From Eledone cirrhosa (lineage: Eukaryota): a stretch of 64,000 nucleotides of DNA. The notes beneath the pieces are model-generated. The model was not told the DNA's origin. It saw only the letters and a program-made list of their open reading frames with translations, and did no database searches. The DNA lies in contig OZ024741.1 in assembly GCA_964016885.1 (NCBI GenBank), forward strand, positions 413,416,001-413,480,000. Reading direction: 5' to 3'. How positions within the stretch are numbered: position 1 is the stretch's first letter; each line of letters begins with the position of its first letter. A program made the translations under genes and the position numbers. This document shows positions 51,201 to 64,000 of this stretch, in pieces.

Positions 51201-54197
51201 TCAACAGTATACATGTGGGACTTAACAGGCCTGAAAACCTTCCCTTTTCTTATTAGATCAATTAGCTTAGCCAGCTTCTGCCTGAAAACCCTGGCAATAA
51301 TATCATGCTGATGGCAGTACTGCTGCCCTGGGATAAGTTCCCGCGTAACCTCAACCCACTTGGGGTTACACGTAAACGTCATAGCATCCTGTGTTCGCTC
51401 ATGCATGTACCGTGGCTCCCCCGTATATGTTGAGGGGAGAATGCACATTTTGCCGATGTTCCGGGGGTCAGTGTCATTCCTGATGCCGTCACACAAATGG
51501 ATGTAGCAGTCTGAGCGCAGCTGCTTCTGATTCAATTTTATGAAGCACAGTCTCTCCGACTCCATCTTTGCAGCCATGTCAACTACAAACTGGTGAAACA
51601 GTTCCCGTGACCTGTGCAGGGTGCTGAAATCGTTAGGCCTCGTCATGAAGCAGTATGAGTATAAAGCCATGCATGAAACAGTTTTAGATGTCGCAGCAGT
51701 GGGCTCGTTTGGTTTGCCCTGAGGAATGCCGGAATGGTACCTGTCTTCTCCGTATGCAAAAAGAAGGGGATACTGCAGGGCATCATATGAACGATGCGTC
51801 TCATTAATACGTCGAAGACCACTGTCACGACTTTGAAGAACTATGTCTCGCTTATTGTGCTGTTCACCATGGATAACTACGGTCACTTCATTGCACGAAG
51901 GAGCGTTATAATGGCGTGCGTACTCCCCAGAAGGTCTTTTGTCAGCATCGATGACAATGGTGAAGTTTGGTGAAGGATTTGTTTCCAATGCGTATTTGAA
52001 ACTGCGAATATAACTGTTGTGCTCATGAAGCATGTTTTGAAGACCGAGCAGTATGTCCCTTTCAAAAGTGTCAGCGTCAGTGTTTGCAGGTGTTGGAATA
52101 ACGCCGAACCGCGCATCAACTTGCCTACTGTAGTTAGAAATGAAGTAAATTTGAAGGAACGAAAGCTTGCAATTTTGTAGTGGCTGGAGCGACCCAATAA
52201 GATGGTACACCTGCCCCTGGACCTTGAAAGTAGGCACCCAACCACTTTCTCTGACAACGTTAGCCCCGAAAGAAGTCATTTGAAATGCACAATTGTACTT
52301 CCTGATGAGTTGAAGGAGTTTGGATGACCTTGAGGTAGAACCAGTAAGTAGTTCCTTCAAAGCTCTAGTGGTTCCCCAAGAGGGGGCAAGCTGACCTTAC
52401 CGTTTAAGCAGCACATTGCAGGTGGCTCCCCAGCCCACTTTTTAGCATTGCAGAATTTGCAATTGAAGCGCATTTCCCCTATATTTATGTCGGCACAAAT
52501 CGAGTAGTTAACGTTGGGCTCATACTTGAAAGCCCGTAGGTGCCAGTATGGGCTGTTGGGGCTCGTCACACCGCGGGCAGCTTCTTGTCGTCGACTGTTC
52601 CGCTCCAGCGTAGAATGTTGCTCCTGTGGGTCGTGGGAAGCTCTCGCAGCAGTAGCAGAAGCCACCCTTGCAATCCTAATGGAGTGCCCGTTTGCATCTT
52701 CAGAAGCCATGGAAGCAGTCATAGCGGCAGCGTTCCTAGCAAGGCGATTCGTCCGCCGTTACAAACCTTCCAAAGCCCTGGAAGCAGCAGTAGCCGCAGC
52801 GTTTCTAGTCAGTTGAGCCACCCTTTGTTCCGGGCCCTCTGAAGCCCTGGAAGCAGCAGTAGCAGCAGCGTTTCTATTCAGGCGAGTCGACCTTTGTTCC
52901 GGGCCCTCTGAAGCCCTGGAAGTAGCAGTAGAAGCGTTTTTTTTGGAATGACGTATCGCCCGCTCTGAATCGCACATCGCAGTACGTCTCGAGGCGTCGT
53001 GTGAAGCCATCTTGGCTAGGCGTGCAGTGCGTTGTTGAAAACTTTCAGCAGCTCTGCATTCCGCTGAACGTAAGGTGCTCTGTGAAAGTCTTAAAGCAGT
53101 TTCCTCGGGGGACTCGTTTGCTGTAATCGCCCTCTGCGCCGCCGCTGACGCGGTATGGCGACCGAGGCGACTTCTCTTTTTAGGTGGCATTTTATGTGAA
53201 AAAGAAAGGGTGAAAGTTACTTCTACAGCAAAATTGCCTTTGAAAGAATAAGGCTGAAAACTGTCTGCGTCCCGCAGGGGGGAAAATGGGAGAACGAACG
53301 GCAAATAAATAACTTACAGTTGGTTGGAAGCGCGCTTCTGTCAGCAATTTGAAGTTGTTTGGCTAAAAATCCCTATGTAGTTTTTTTTTTTACTCAATAA
53401 ACGTGTAAATATGTTATACACAAAATGTAATTGCGTGTGAGTTGAATGATAGATGTTTTAAAAAAAGATTTTAAGCGTATATAAGAGATTGTTGAATAAA
53501 TTTATCTGTTGCTTTTGAATAATTGTATTTGGTATAAAATGTAAGCGTTATGTATTTTGGATTGGCAGTATCGGTAGAGGGTCGGACGCCATGCATTCCA
53601 GCATAGTTACGTCCCTTTACCATCTGAGTTCAAATCCCGCCGAGGTTGACTTTGCCTTTCATCCTTACGGGGTCAATAAAATAAAGTACCAGTAATACAC
53701 TGGGTAATTTGCTGGCCTTGTGCCTAAAGTAGAAACAGTTATGTATTTAACGTTTGTCTCTGTCTCTCACTCTCTAGCTCACTCCTTTATTTTTTTCTCT
53801 CTTTCTAAAGGAAATTATTAAGAAGTGGGTTTATAAGTGTCATGTATTTAACGTTTGTCTCTGGCTCACTCCTTTATTTTTCTCTCTCTCTCTCTCTAAA
53901 GGAAATTAGTAAGAAGTGGGTGGGTTGCAGCATGTATTTTTTTTTTTTTTCGATTTTTAAGGGGAGTTAGGCAGAGTAAATCAGAAGGTATTATAGGGGT
54001 AAAGCGTCATGTGTTTAGTTTTATCGATTATTTCCGTAATTGTGGGTGAGTGTGAATGAAATAAATAGTCGTTGACTTAAGTTAGATCATTTACAACATT
54101 TTTACAGACTTTGAGTCGAAACGGTTTGAAATTGTGCAAATGTATAAACATGGAACATGCACACACACAACAACAACAACAATCTACCTTTTATAGA
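48291..54197 (-). mobile_element. Helitron, decayed autonomous type
   Basis: 3' end on - reads cccgagcaacgccagg(hairpin)...gCTAG|T at 48291. Probable 5' end A|TCTATAAAAGG at 54197 is less certain. RepHel coding fragments lie inside. Confidence 0.85.
49104..53190 (-). pseudogene. Helitron RepHel (HUH Rep + Pif1-like helicase), broken by stops, frameshifts and deletions
   Basis: MPPKKR start at 53190; [97 protein letters not shown] are spread over different frames. Confidence 0.93.
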
Positions 54198-54302
54198 TAA
54201 TGATATTTCAAAGGTACAATGGTGTTTAAGTACGTTTTCATCAGGCAAAATGTAAGATTTGATATGCGACATACCGCTACGGTTTTGATTATTCAATGCC
54301 AG

Positions 54303-54697
54303 TCATCATCATCATCATCATTTAACGTCCGTTCTTCCACGCTAGCATGGGTTAGACGGGTTGTCCTGTTGTGGGCAGTGTCCAGTCGGCTGACCTTGTC
54401 TTGCTCATACGGGAACTGATTCTGGCTTGATTTCTACAGCTGGATGCCCTTCCTAACACCAACCTCATTTACAGTGAGTGCTGGGTGCTTTTTTGCTATG
54501 GCACCTCCACGACCACTTTACAGTGGAATGATAGGGACCCCAGTCCTATCATCTCATTTCTACAGCTGAGTAAACTGGAGCAATGTGAAATAAAGTGTCT
54601 TGCTCAAGGAAACAATACATCACCCGGTCTGAGAATTGATCTCACAACCTTTCGATTGCAAGGCCAATGCTCTAACCACTAAGCCATGTGCCTCCAG
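54303..54697 (-). mobile_element. Complete tRNA-headed, RTE-tailed SINE; an oppositely oriented 3' half lies at ~54935-55161 (+)
   Basis: Same structure as 33606-34129. Confidence 0.87.
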
Positions 54698-54706
54698 TAT
54701 TGGTGT

Positions 54707-54739
<33 letters not shown>

Positions 54740-55555
54740 ATGTATATGCTTCAGCTTCAGCTTGTACCCATGGGGAGTCGGGTCTTCTGTATTACTGCGT
54801 GACACCAGAGGTCACGGTCGTGTGTCATCGCCTTTGAGAGGTGCAATATATATATATATTGCATGGGTACAAGCCAAAGCTGAAGCATATAGACAGTATG
54901 CCTCCCCCCCCACTCACTACTCCCTCACCCCCACCCTCCACTGCAAAGTGGCCGTGGAGGTGTCACGGAAGAAAAGCACCCAGCACTCACTGTAAATGAG
55001 GTTATTGTTAGGAAGGGCATCCAGCTGTAGAAATCAAGCCAGGATCAGTACCCGTATGAGCAAGACATGGTCAGCCGACTGGACACTGCCCACATCAGGA
55101 CAACCCGTCTAACCTATGCTAGCGTGGAAGAACGGACATAAAACGGTGAGGATGATGATGATATTACTTGATGCATGTTTTTAGTCTTTATCATATTGAA
55201 ACTATTATAACTGTAGCCACAATAGAACATCCCTTTCATCTGGTTAATGTTGCTCCTGTATTTGTAGATATTAAAGTGTAATGTTTGCTCCAGTTGTTAT
55301 CATTACAATCTGATGGAGAAGATAACGTTTGTGATAGACAAACATTGAATCTTTAATGTTTTGAAGTAGCAGATCTTTGATGCTTCAGAAAATATTGTAT
55401 CTGTTTACATTTCTATCTAAATATATTTTAAATTATCACAGGAAACTCTATGTTCTGCAACTTTTAACAAAGCAATTAAATATTTGTGGGTCATAGAAAT
55501 CAAAACCATTTTATTATCTAACCCAACAGTCATACCCAGCTATGCCCAGGTTTAT

Positions 55556-56240
55556 TCATCATCATCATCGTCTTTATGTCCGTTTTTCCGCACTTGCACA
55601 GGGTTGGACAGGTCTATTTCAGCACAGCATCTCTGCACATGCTGCATTCGTTCGTCATCTTCTCTAGGAGTCTCAGTGATCTGAGGTCAGCTCTCACCAC
55701 CTCTGTCCAGGTCTTTCTTGGTCGTCCTCAATTGCGACTTCCTTCCACTGGGATTTCCTGGCACTTCTTCACCCATCGATCATAATTTATATACATCACA
55801 TGTTCATACCAGTGCAGTCTTCTCTCCTGCACACCACTTTGGATTCATTTGAAACCCAGCTTCTCCATCAGTTCATCCAAGCAATGCCTTGCTCTCACAT
55901 TTATATTGCACATCCAACGAAGCATGGTTGCTTCATTTCTCTCCAGTCTATGCATGTCCTCTGCAGTCATCACCCATGTTTCACTACCATTCAATATCAC
56001 ACTTCGCTCACAGGTATCATACAGTCATCCTTTTGTATGCAGATAGAAACCTTTTGTTATCAACAGTGGGAGAAGCTTTCTAAACTTCTTCCATCCTTAT
56101 TCTAGCTATTATACTCCAGAGCACCCTCCACCATTAGGTCACCTGTATAGCAGATGCTATCAACCACTTCTATGGATCCTTCATGTGATTGGAAATGTTT
56201 TATATCACTGATGCTCTTTCCCATCGATTACCCCTGTGCA
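55556..56240 (-). mobile_element. Decayed RTE LINE 3' portion (divergent family)
   Basis: (CAT)n tail. Minus-strand motifs resemble LERNEA.MLRWMC and GRPRKTW of the other RTE copies. Confidence 0.75.
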
Positions 56241-58226
56241 AAATAAATATAATCACATGAATTCAGTGTATTTATGGAATCTCGTGCCCATACTAGAAAT
56301 TAACCAAATATTTTATGAAAAGGAACTGTTTGTTGGATTTTTCAGATAATTTAAAAAATATTTAAGAATTTGGTGGGATTTGATAATATAACTAACTTCT
56401 AACTTTTTCATTATTAAGCTGGCATTTGGTGAAAATAGCTTAACAAAGGTTCCTACATAGAATTGATGGAAGAAACAAAATTTGTTTTCGCTCTAACATG
56501 GTGGATACCTAAATATATTCTTGAGTGAATAATAATAATATCATAATAATATCAATATTCGGTTCATTTGTAAGCAAATAGTCTCATAACGACATGTTTT
56601 CTAGATGACTCATGTCATCTTTTTGTTCCAGCTGTTATTTTAGATAAATGTAATTACTTTAACCCTTTAATGTTCAAACCGGCCAAAACCGTCCAGAATG
56701 CTCTCACCTCTTTCTGTTCAAACTGGCTGTAACTGGCCACTCATACTGATATTAAGGTATTGTTCTCAAAATAAATACTTTCAAAATCTCGTAGATTCGA
56801 TATTATGTGAGATAAAGCATTTACCATGAAAATATAATAGTATATATAGAGTAACATAGTATATATAGAGAAAGGTTAATCCTTTCATTACCATGTTTCT
56901 AATAAAAACATTGGCTATGATTTTAAAATCATTTTGAAAATAATAAAAAAAACTCTCAATATTAAGCTGGTTTTTGGAGTATAACTTAACAAATTTTCTT
57001 ACATAAAATTATAATGGAAGGTTTATAGATAAATACAAACCATTTAAAATAAACAGCTTTGTATCATAGAGCCAGGGGGTCGTTTAAGGCATTTTGGTAT
57101 CTCAGGGATTGAAAATGGTTGACTAACTTGAAAATCAAAATTCAATGTCTTTCACTCAATGTGAAGCAGAACTATGATGAAAGTTGTTCCAACCATGACC
57201 ATCACCTCTCTAATACATTAACCAAAAATGTCTAGCCCTAGGTAAGCCCGGTCCAACAGAACTATGATCAATGTTGTTCCAATTATGACCATCACTTCAG
57301 TTATCTTCTTATTAGATTAACCAATAAATTCCATAAAATGTTTTTTTTTACTTGGTAGATCTGGAGGAAGGGACAGTGCCCATGGCCTTCACTGGTCCTC
57401 CAGGGCTGGAGAGATTGATATCTGGTGGGTCTGGGTAGAGGGACAGTGCCCATGGCCTTCACAGGACTTCCAAAGGTGGAGAATTTGATACTGCTGGTTT
57501 TCTATTTAAACTGTTCTAGGTTCTAGGTTCAATTATGAGCAAAGAGGAGGTTCCATATTTTGGGCAGGAAGGAGTTGAAAAAGATTTGACTGTTATTTCT
57601 AGCAGCTCGAACAGCCATATAGTCTCTCTCTCTCTCTCTCTCTGTGGAAACTACCTCGCATTTGTTGCCTATTTTCTTTTTCCTCTCACCGCCCACAATG
57701 TCTTATCATACAAATGTTAAATTTCTCACAAGCCTCTTCATTGTATTCAAGCGTATTTTACAAAGAATTAAGATGTAATTTGATTCAGGTCTCCCGTATT
57801 ACCTGTAATGCATTAGAAAAATGTTTTCTTTCATAATTGCCAGTCTTCGTAAACAGATCTAAAGTGACAAATATGTCGGTGAGGAATTCCATTATTTGGT
57901 ATAATTCTTTGAGTTAATGATTCACCTCAAAAACAGCTAAACATATACATATATATAGAGAGAGAAAGATTGATAGATGTAAGTGCTAACACACTATCTT
58001 GAAGATGATGGATGCTCTGTCAGTATCAACAATAAATTCCAATATTTGATGGAAATCTGTGTTAATGTTTCACCTCAAAAACAATCACACACACTTGCTA
58101 GTGCTAACATGCTATCTTGAAGGTGATACATCCTTTGTCAGTTTTAACAAGAAATTCCGTTAATAGAATTTTCTGTGTTAATGATTCACCTTAAATAGAA
58201 CACCAAATATATATAACATAACTATC

Positions 58227-58260
<34 letters not shown>

Positions 58261-58589
58261 TACGGTGCAAATTAATTGCTTCCATAGGTAGTATGCCAGG
58301 TGAGCACTCGATGCTCTTGAAGAGCAGAGTATCAATAGTATCATTATATTAATTGTTTCTACTATTGGCACAAGGCCAGAAAATTACTCAGTACATTACT
58401 GGTACTTTATTTTATCGACCCCGTAAGGATGAAAGGCAAAGTTAACCTCAGCGGGATTTGAACTCAGAATGGCAAGGGCCGTAACTCTATGTGTCAAAGC
58501 ATGGCGTCCGACCCTCTACCGATACTGCCAACCCACTGCCCATTAGTATCATTATATTAATATATATATATATATATATTATATATATT

Positions 58590-60141
<1,552 letters not shown>

Positions 60142-60315
60142 AAAAAGCGATGATATCGAAAATGCAACAGGAGTCTTATTTTTTAAAAAATATATATATT
60201 TATTTGGTTCCTTTACCGGTTTCGCAGTTCTTCTGCTTTTCAAAAGGTGAGTTGAGATGGAGGGTCTGTGGTTTTTCTCACATCAGAAAAACCACAGACC
60301 CTCCATCTCAACTCA

Positions 60316-60353
60316 CCTTTTGAAAAGCAGAAGAACTGCGAAACCGGTAAAGG
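60316..60353 (+). ncRNA. Minimal hammerhead ribozyme motif with U3-A8 covariant core, mirrored on the - strand at 60210-60247
   Basis: cctt-TTGAAAA-gcag(aagaa)ctgc-GAAA-ccgg-TA-aagg; palindromic stem III (accggt). Confidence 0.68.
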
Positions 60354-60483
60354 AACCAAATAAATATATATATTTTTTAAAAAATAAGACTCCTGTTGCA
60401 TTTTCGATTTCATCGCTTTTTCTTTATACTTTCACTCGTGTAGGACACCTCGGTTATTTTTCATTTTGTAAAAAAAACCTCAC

Positions 60484-60521
<38 letters not shown>

Positions 60522-60930
60522 CCGGGAGAGATGACCCCTTAGCCTTTGTCAAAGCAGAATTCTAGGAGAAGGAAAACTCTGATATAACACCTGCAACTCT
60601 GATGGTATCCAATGATGTTGACATGTTCTTCTTTTTCTTAAATATCATCTTGGTTAAGAGAGTGGGACTGGCTTTGTGCAGTGCCTTTGCTCACTTTAAA
60701 AGCTTCACGGCACAGGCATTGCTTTATATCTGGAGATCTCTCTGCACTTGTCATCACATGGTACCATGGGCCCAGCACTAAGTGCCAATAATTGTCACAA
60801 GTGTAGTGTTTATACCAGAGTTTTCAAGTCACTGGCTGGACTAAAAAGTCACATTCGTTCAGCGCATCGGTAGGAGTTCTCCTACATGGATATAAAGTAG
60901 TGGCCGTACTCGAAAACGAGTTGGCAGCTA

Positions 60931-60974
<44 letters not shown>

Positions 60975-61303
60975 AGAAGTTCTATTTAAATTGTTGGGAT
61001 ACAACAAGCAAATATTTTTATAACTGATATAAAGCACTCAACAAATTATTAGAGTAAAAATACGATATATTAACAAATGGAAACTATATTTATAAAACCA
61101 TATTTATTTCATGACTATCCGGGAGCTTCCAACAGAAATGGTCGCATTCTTTAAGGGTATGTCAATATTTATTTATAAAACTGATCTATATTATATTTTA
61201 TCTGATGAAAGCACACCATAATTTAACTTGGTGTCCTTGAAATATGTATAATGAAATAAATATGGTTTTATAAATATAGTTTCCATTTGTTAATATATCG
61301 TAT

Positions 61304-61368
<65 letters not shown>

Positions 61369-61780
61369 ATATATATATATATATTGTGTATGTGATACAG
61401 TGAAGTGCTGGTGATTTACCTACTTTCCTCATTATTGTTGAAACCATAATCGTGTCGCCTTCCCTAGTGTTGATGTCGGCCTCCCTAGTGTTGATGTCGG
61501 CCTCCCTAGTGTTGATGACAGCCTCCCTGTGTGTTGATGACATGGTTGATGATGTGTTGATAAAGTGGTTAGTGATAAAAAGGGCAATCCAGCCAAACAA
61601 AGGGTTGGAAGGACCCCTCAGTCATGTCCACCCTACACAATTTATTGAGTAATGGTACTCCTAAGATCCTTCAGAGGAACCTCGAGCATAGCTAACCAGC
61701 ACGAAACCCAGTGGTAGACCATGGGCAAGATGGTTGAATAACATTCTTGAACTCTGTTCTTTTCACTTGGGGACAGAAGA

Positions 61781-62335
61781 ATTTCTCAACAACAAAACCA
61801 CAGTTTTATTGCTGTTAAATTGTCTGATATTTGTTAAGATGGTTATGGAGGGGGGTGAAATTGTAACTTATCTAGGTTTTCATTTTAAATGAAGAATGAT
61901 GATGATAGAAGAGGTGATGGAAGTATTAGTTAGGTTGATAATAAAGGAGAAATTATCTAATTTCAAATAAACAGAGATTCTGGCACCTAAACATTGCAGT
62001 TTGTGTAGAATATGGTTCTAATTACAGTGTTACTAGTCAGGGATACAAAATTAGTTTAAAGGCTAAATGAAGTGTAGAATGAGATGATGAAATATATAAA
62101 TCATATGTTGGGTAGCTTTCTGAAAGTAGATCTGTGTGTGAGAGTTTACCTCTGAAATAAAACCTTGTTACAACACATACAACAATATTACATAAGTTAA
62201 CACTTTCATTATCATATTTCTAATGAAAGACACTGCCTGTGATAACATCCATGAACTTGACTGGTCATTTCTAGGGATCTAGACAAATCAATTGAAGATG
62301 GTTGCTTCAGGAATGTCTGTCTGAAGACTCTGCTC
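61781..62335 (-). repeat. 555-bp inverted copy of 19009-19563
   Basis: Reverse complement match read by eye. Confidence 0.93.
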
Positions 62336-63456
62336 CCACGACCCTCCTAATATTAAGTGGGCAAAGAAGTAGGTTTTTTTTTAATAAGTTACTTAAATAT
62401 GAAGCACTTTATGGAGTATACCAAGTGTGTAGCGGGTGTATTTTATACTGGCCCAACCATACCACTTTACAGAGTGTACTGGGTGTATTTTATAGTGGCC
62501 CAACACTGCCACTTTACAGAGTGTACTGTGTGTATTTTATCATAGCACCAGCACAAACTTTGCAGAGCGTACTCAGTGTATTTTATATTAGCACCAGCAC
62601 TAATATGTTAGAGAATATACTGCGTGCACTACCACTTTATAGGCTGCACTTCGTGTATTTTAGTGTTGTACCAACACCATAAATTTACAGAGTGTACTGG
62701 ATGTATTTTAGTGTTGTACCAGCACCATCAATTTACAGAGTGTACTGGGTGTATTTTATTATGACAACAACACTACCACTTTACAGAGTGTACTGGGTGC
62801 ATTTCATCGTTAGTTGACCTATCACTCTGTATGTATAGCTTTAAAATGTGACAGATACTTTAGTGTAATGGTAGTATTTCTGCCGAGCAATGATGAATGT
62901 GTGGGTGAAGTCCCGCAGGTCCTAATGTCATATTTTCCCGTTAGGGGTTGGAGCGGGGGTTATATGCCCTATTATTTAGATTATTTTTCTATGGTAAAAA
63001 TATTTGATAAAGCTTCTTTCTCGTAAATTTCAAGTTCTGCTCATCTTTTCTAAATTGCTTACTTAGGATTAAATTGCTTAATTAGGATTAAATTACATTA
63101 TGTTATCTAATTGATTTACAAACGTTTCTATAATACAGTAAGAAAATACATTTGTATATATATATATATACAAATGTATTTTCTTACTGTATTATAGAAA
63201 CGTTTGTAAATCAATTAGATAACATAATGTAATTTAATCCTAATTATTTTTATTATTTATATATATAAATATGTGTTATATATAAATAGAGGGGCGACTA
63301 GTATGCATGGGTGACTGCTGGTTTTCCACAAATAACCTTGTCTGGACTTGTGCCTCAGCGGTACAAATCCCATGGTCACAGCTGACAAGTCCGGTTGTTT
63401 GTGGAAGATCAGCAGTCACCCATGCATATTAGTCTCCTTATATATATATATTTATA

Positions 63457-63562
63457 TATGAGCTTCTACAGGACTAGAACTGTTTTATTCATGAGAAATC
63501 ATCAGGAAGCTTCCTCATGATTTCTCACGAATGAAACAGTTCTAGTCCTGTAGAAGCTCATA
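63457..63562. mobile_element. Second copy of the Penelope-like hammerhead palindrome, both cores mutated
   Basis: Same sequence as 37832-37939. The + core reads CTCATGA and the - core has AAAA in place of GAAA. Confidence 0.75.
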
Positions 63563-63639
63563 GGAAAAAATAACACAGTAGTTTTATTTTTTAAGATATA
63601 TTTATCAAACTTGGGTCAGTTTGTCTTCATGACTTGTTC

Positions 63640-64000
63640 TTTCGATCTCACTCGATAAACCCGCCATTGGCTTTGATGACGGCTTCAAGGCGGCCTCGGA
63701 ACCGGCTACAGGCCTTTGTCACTGTCCCCCGACTTAGGCTCCTAAAGGCACATATGATCCTGGCCTTCAGATCGTCTTTCGTATTGCAGCTAGATCTGTT
63801 GGCGTCTCGTTCCACTGCGCCCAACACCCTTCTAACGGAGGGCTGGGCATGCCGTGGCTGATGATGCGCAAACACGCACTGAGGCTATGCCATCTCCAGG
63901 TGTTCCTGACCAGCGAACCAGTGTGGCAGTCATTTGTGAGACGAGCTCTTCCACAACTTGTCTCACTAACAGAGCTGCAGTCCTGGATCAAGCGAAGACC
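63640..64000 (-). mobile_element. Tc1/mariner-superfamily transposase C-terminal remnant
   Basis: GAVERDANRSSCNTKDDLKARI...KACSRFRGRLEAVIKANGGFIE*; upstream part is frameshifted. Confidence 0.75.

Noticed and set aside
54625-54697. tRNA genes at SINE heads (also ~34060-34129, ~44095-44168, ~15030-15095)
   Set aside because: A/B boxes are present but the sequences continue into SINE cores; no convincing cloverleaf.

Overview
Eukaryotic, AT-rich and very repeat-dense window. The repeat landscape suggests a cephalopod/octopod mollusc, which is an inference only. It holds one convincing host gene at 11296-12267 (+): an intron-less CDS for a secreted protein with a signal peptide, a polybasic stretch and two complete Frizzled-type cysteine-rich domains, with no transmembrane or netrin domain. 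The rest is mobile and satellite DNA: an apparently intact full-length RTE LINE (39611-43270), several 5'-truncated copies of a second RTE family with a PHD-like finger, partner tRNA-headed SINEs, a decayed ~5.9 kb Helitron with STPR-like repeats (48291-54197, -), mariner/Tc1 and CRE remnants, and several satellites that visibly derive from pieces of TEs. The most unusual signals are (i) (TA)n-flanked palindromes carrying Penelope-type hammerhead ribozyme motifs on both strands, including a U3-A8 covariant core, (ii) a 555-bp apparently identical inverted duplication 42 kb apart, and (iii) the double-CRD secreted protein. Coordinates and identities were read by eye, and no database search was run.
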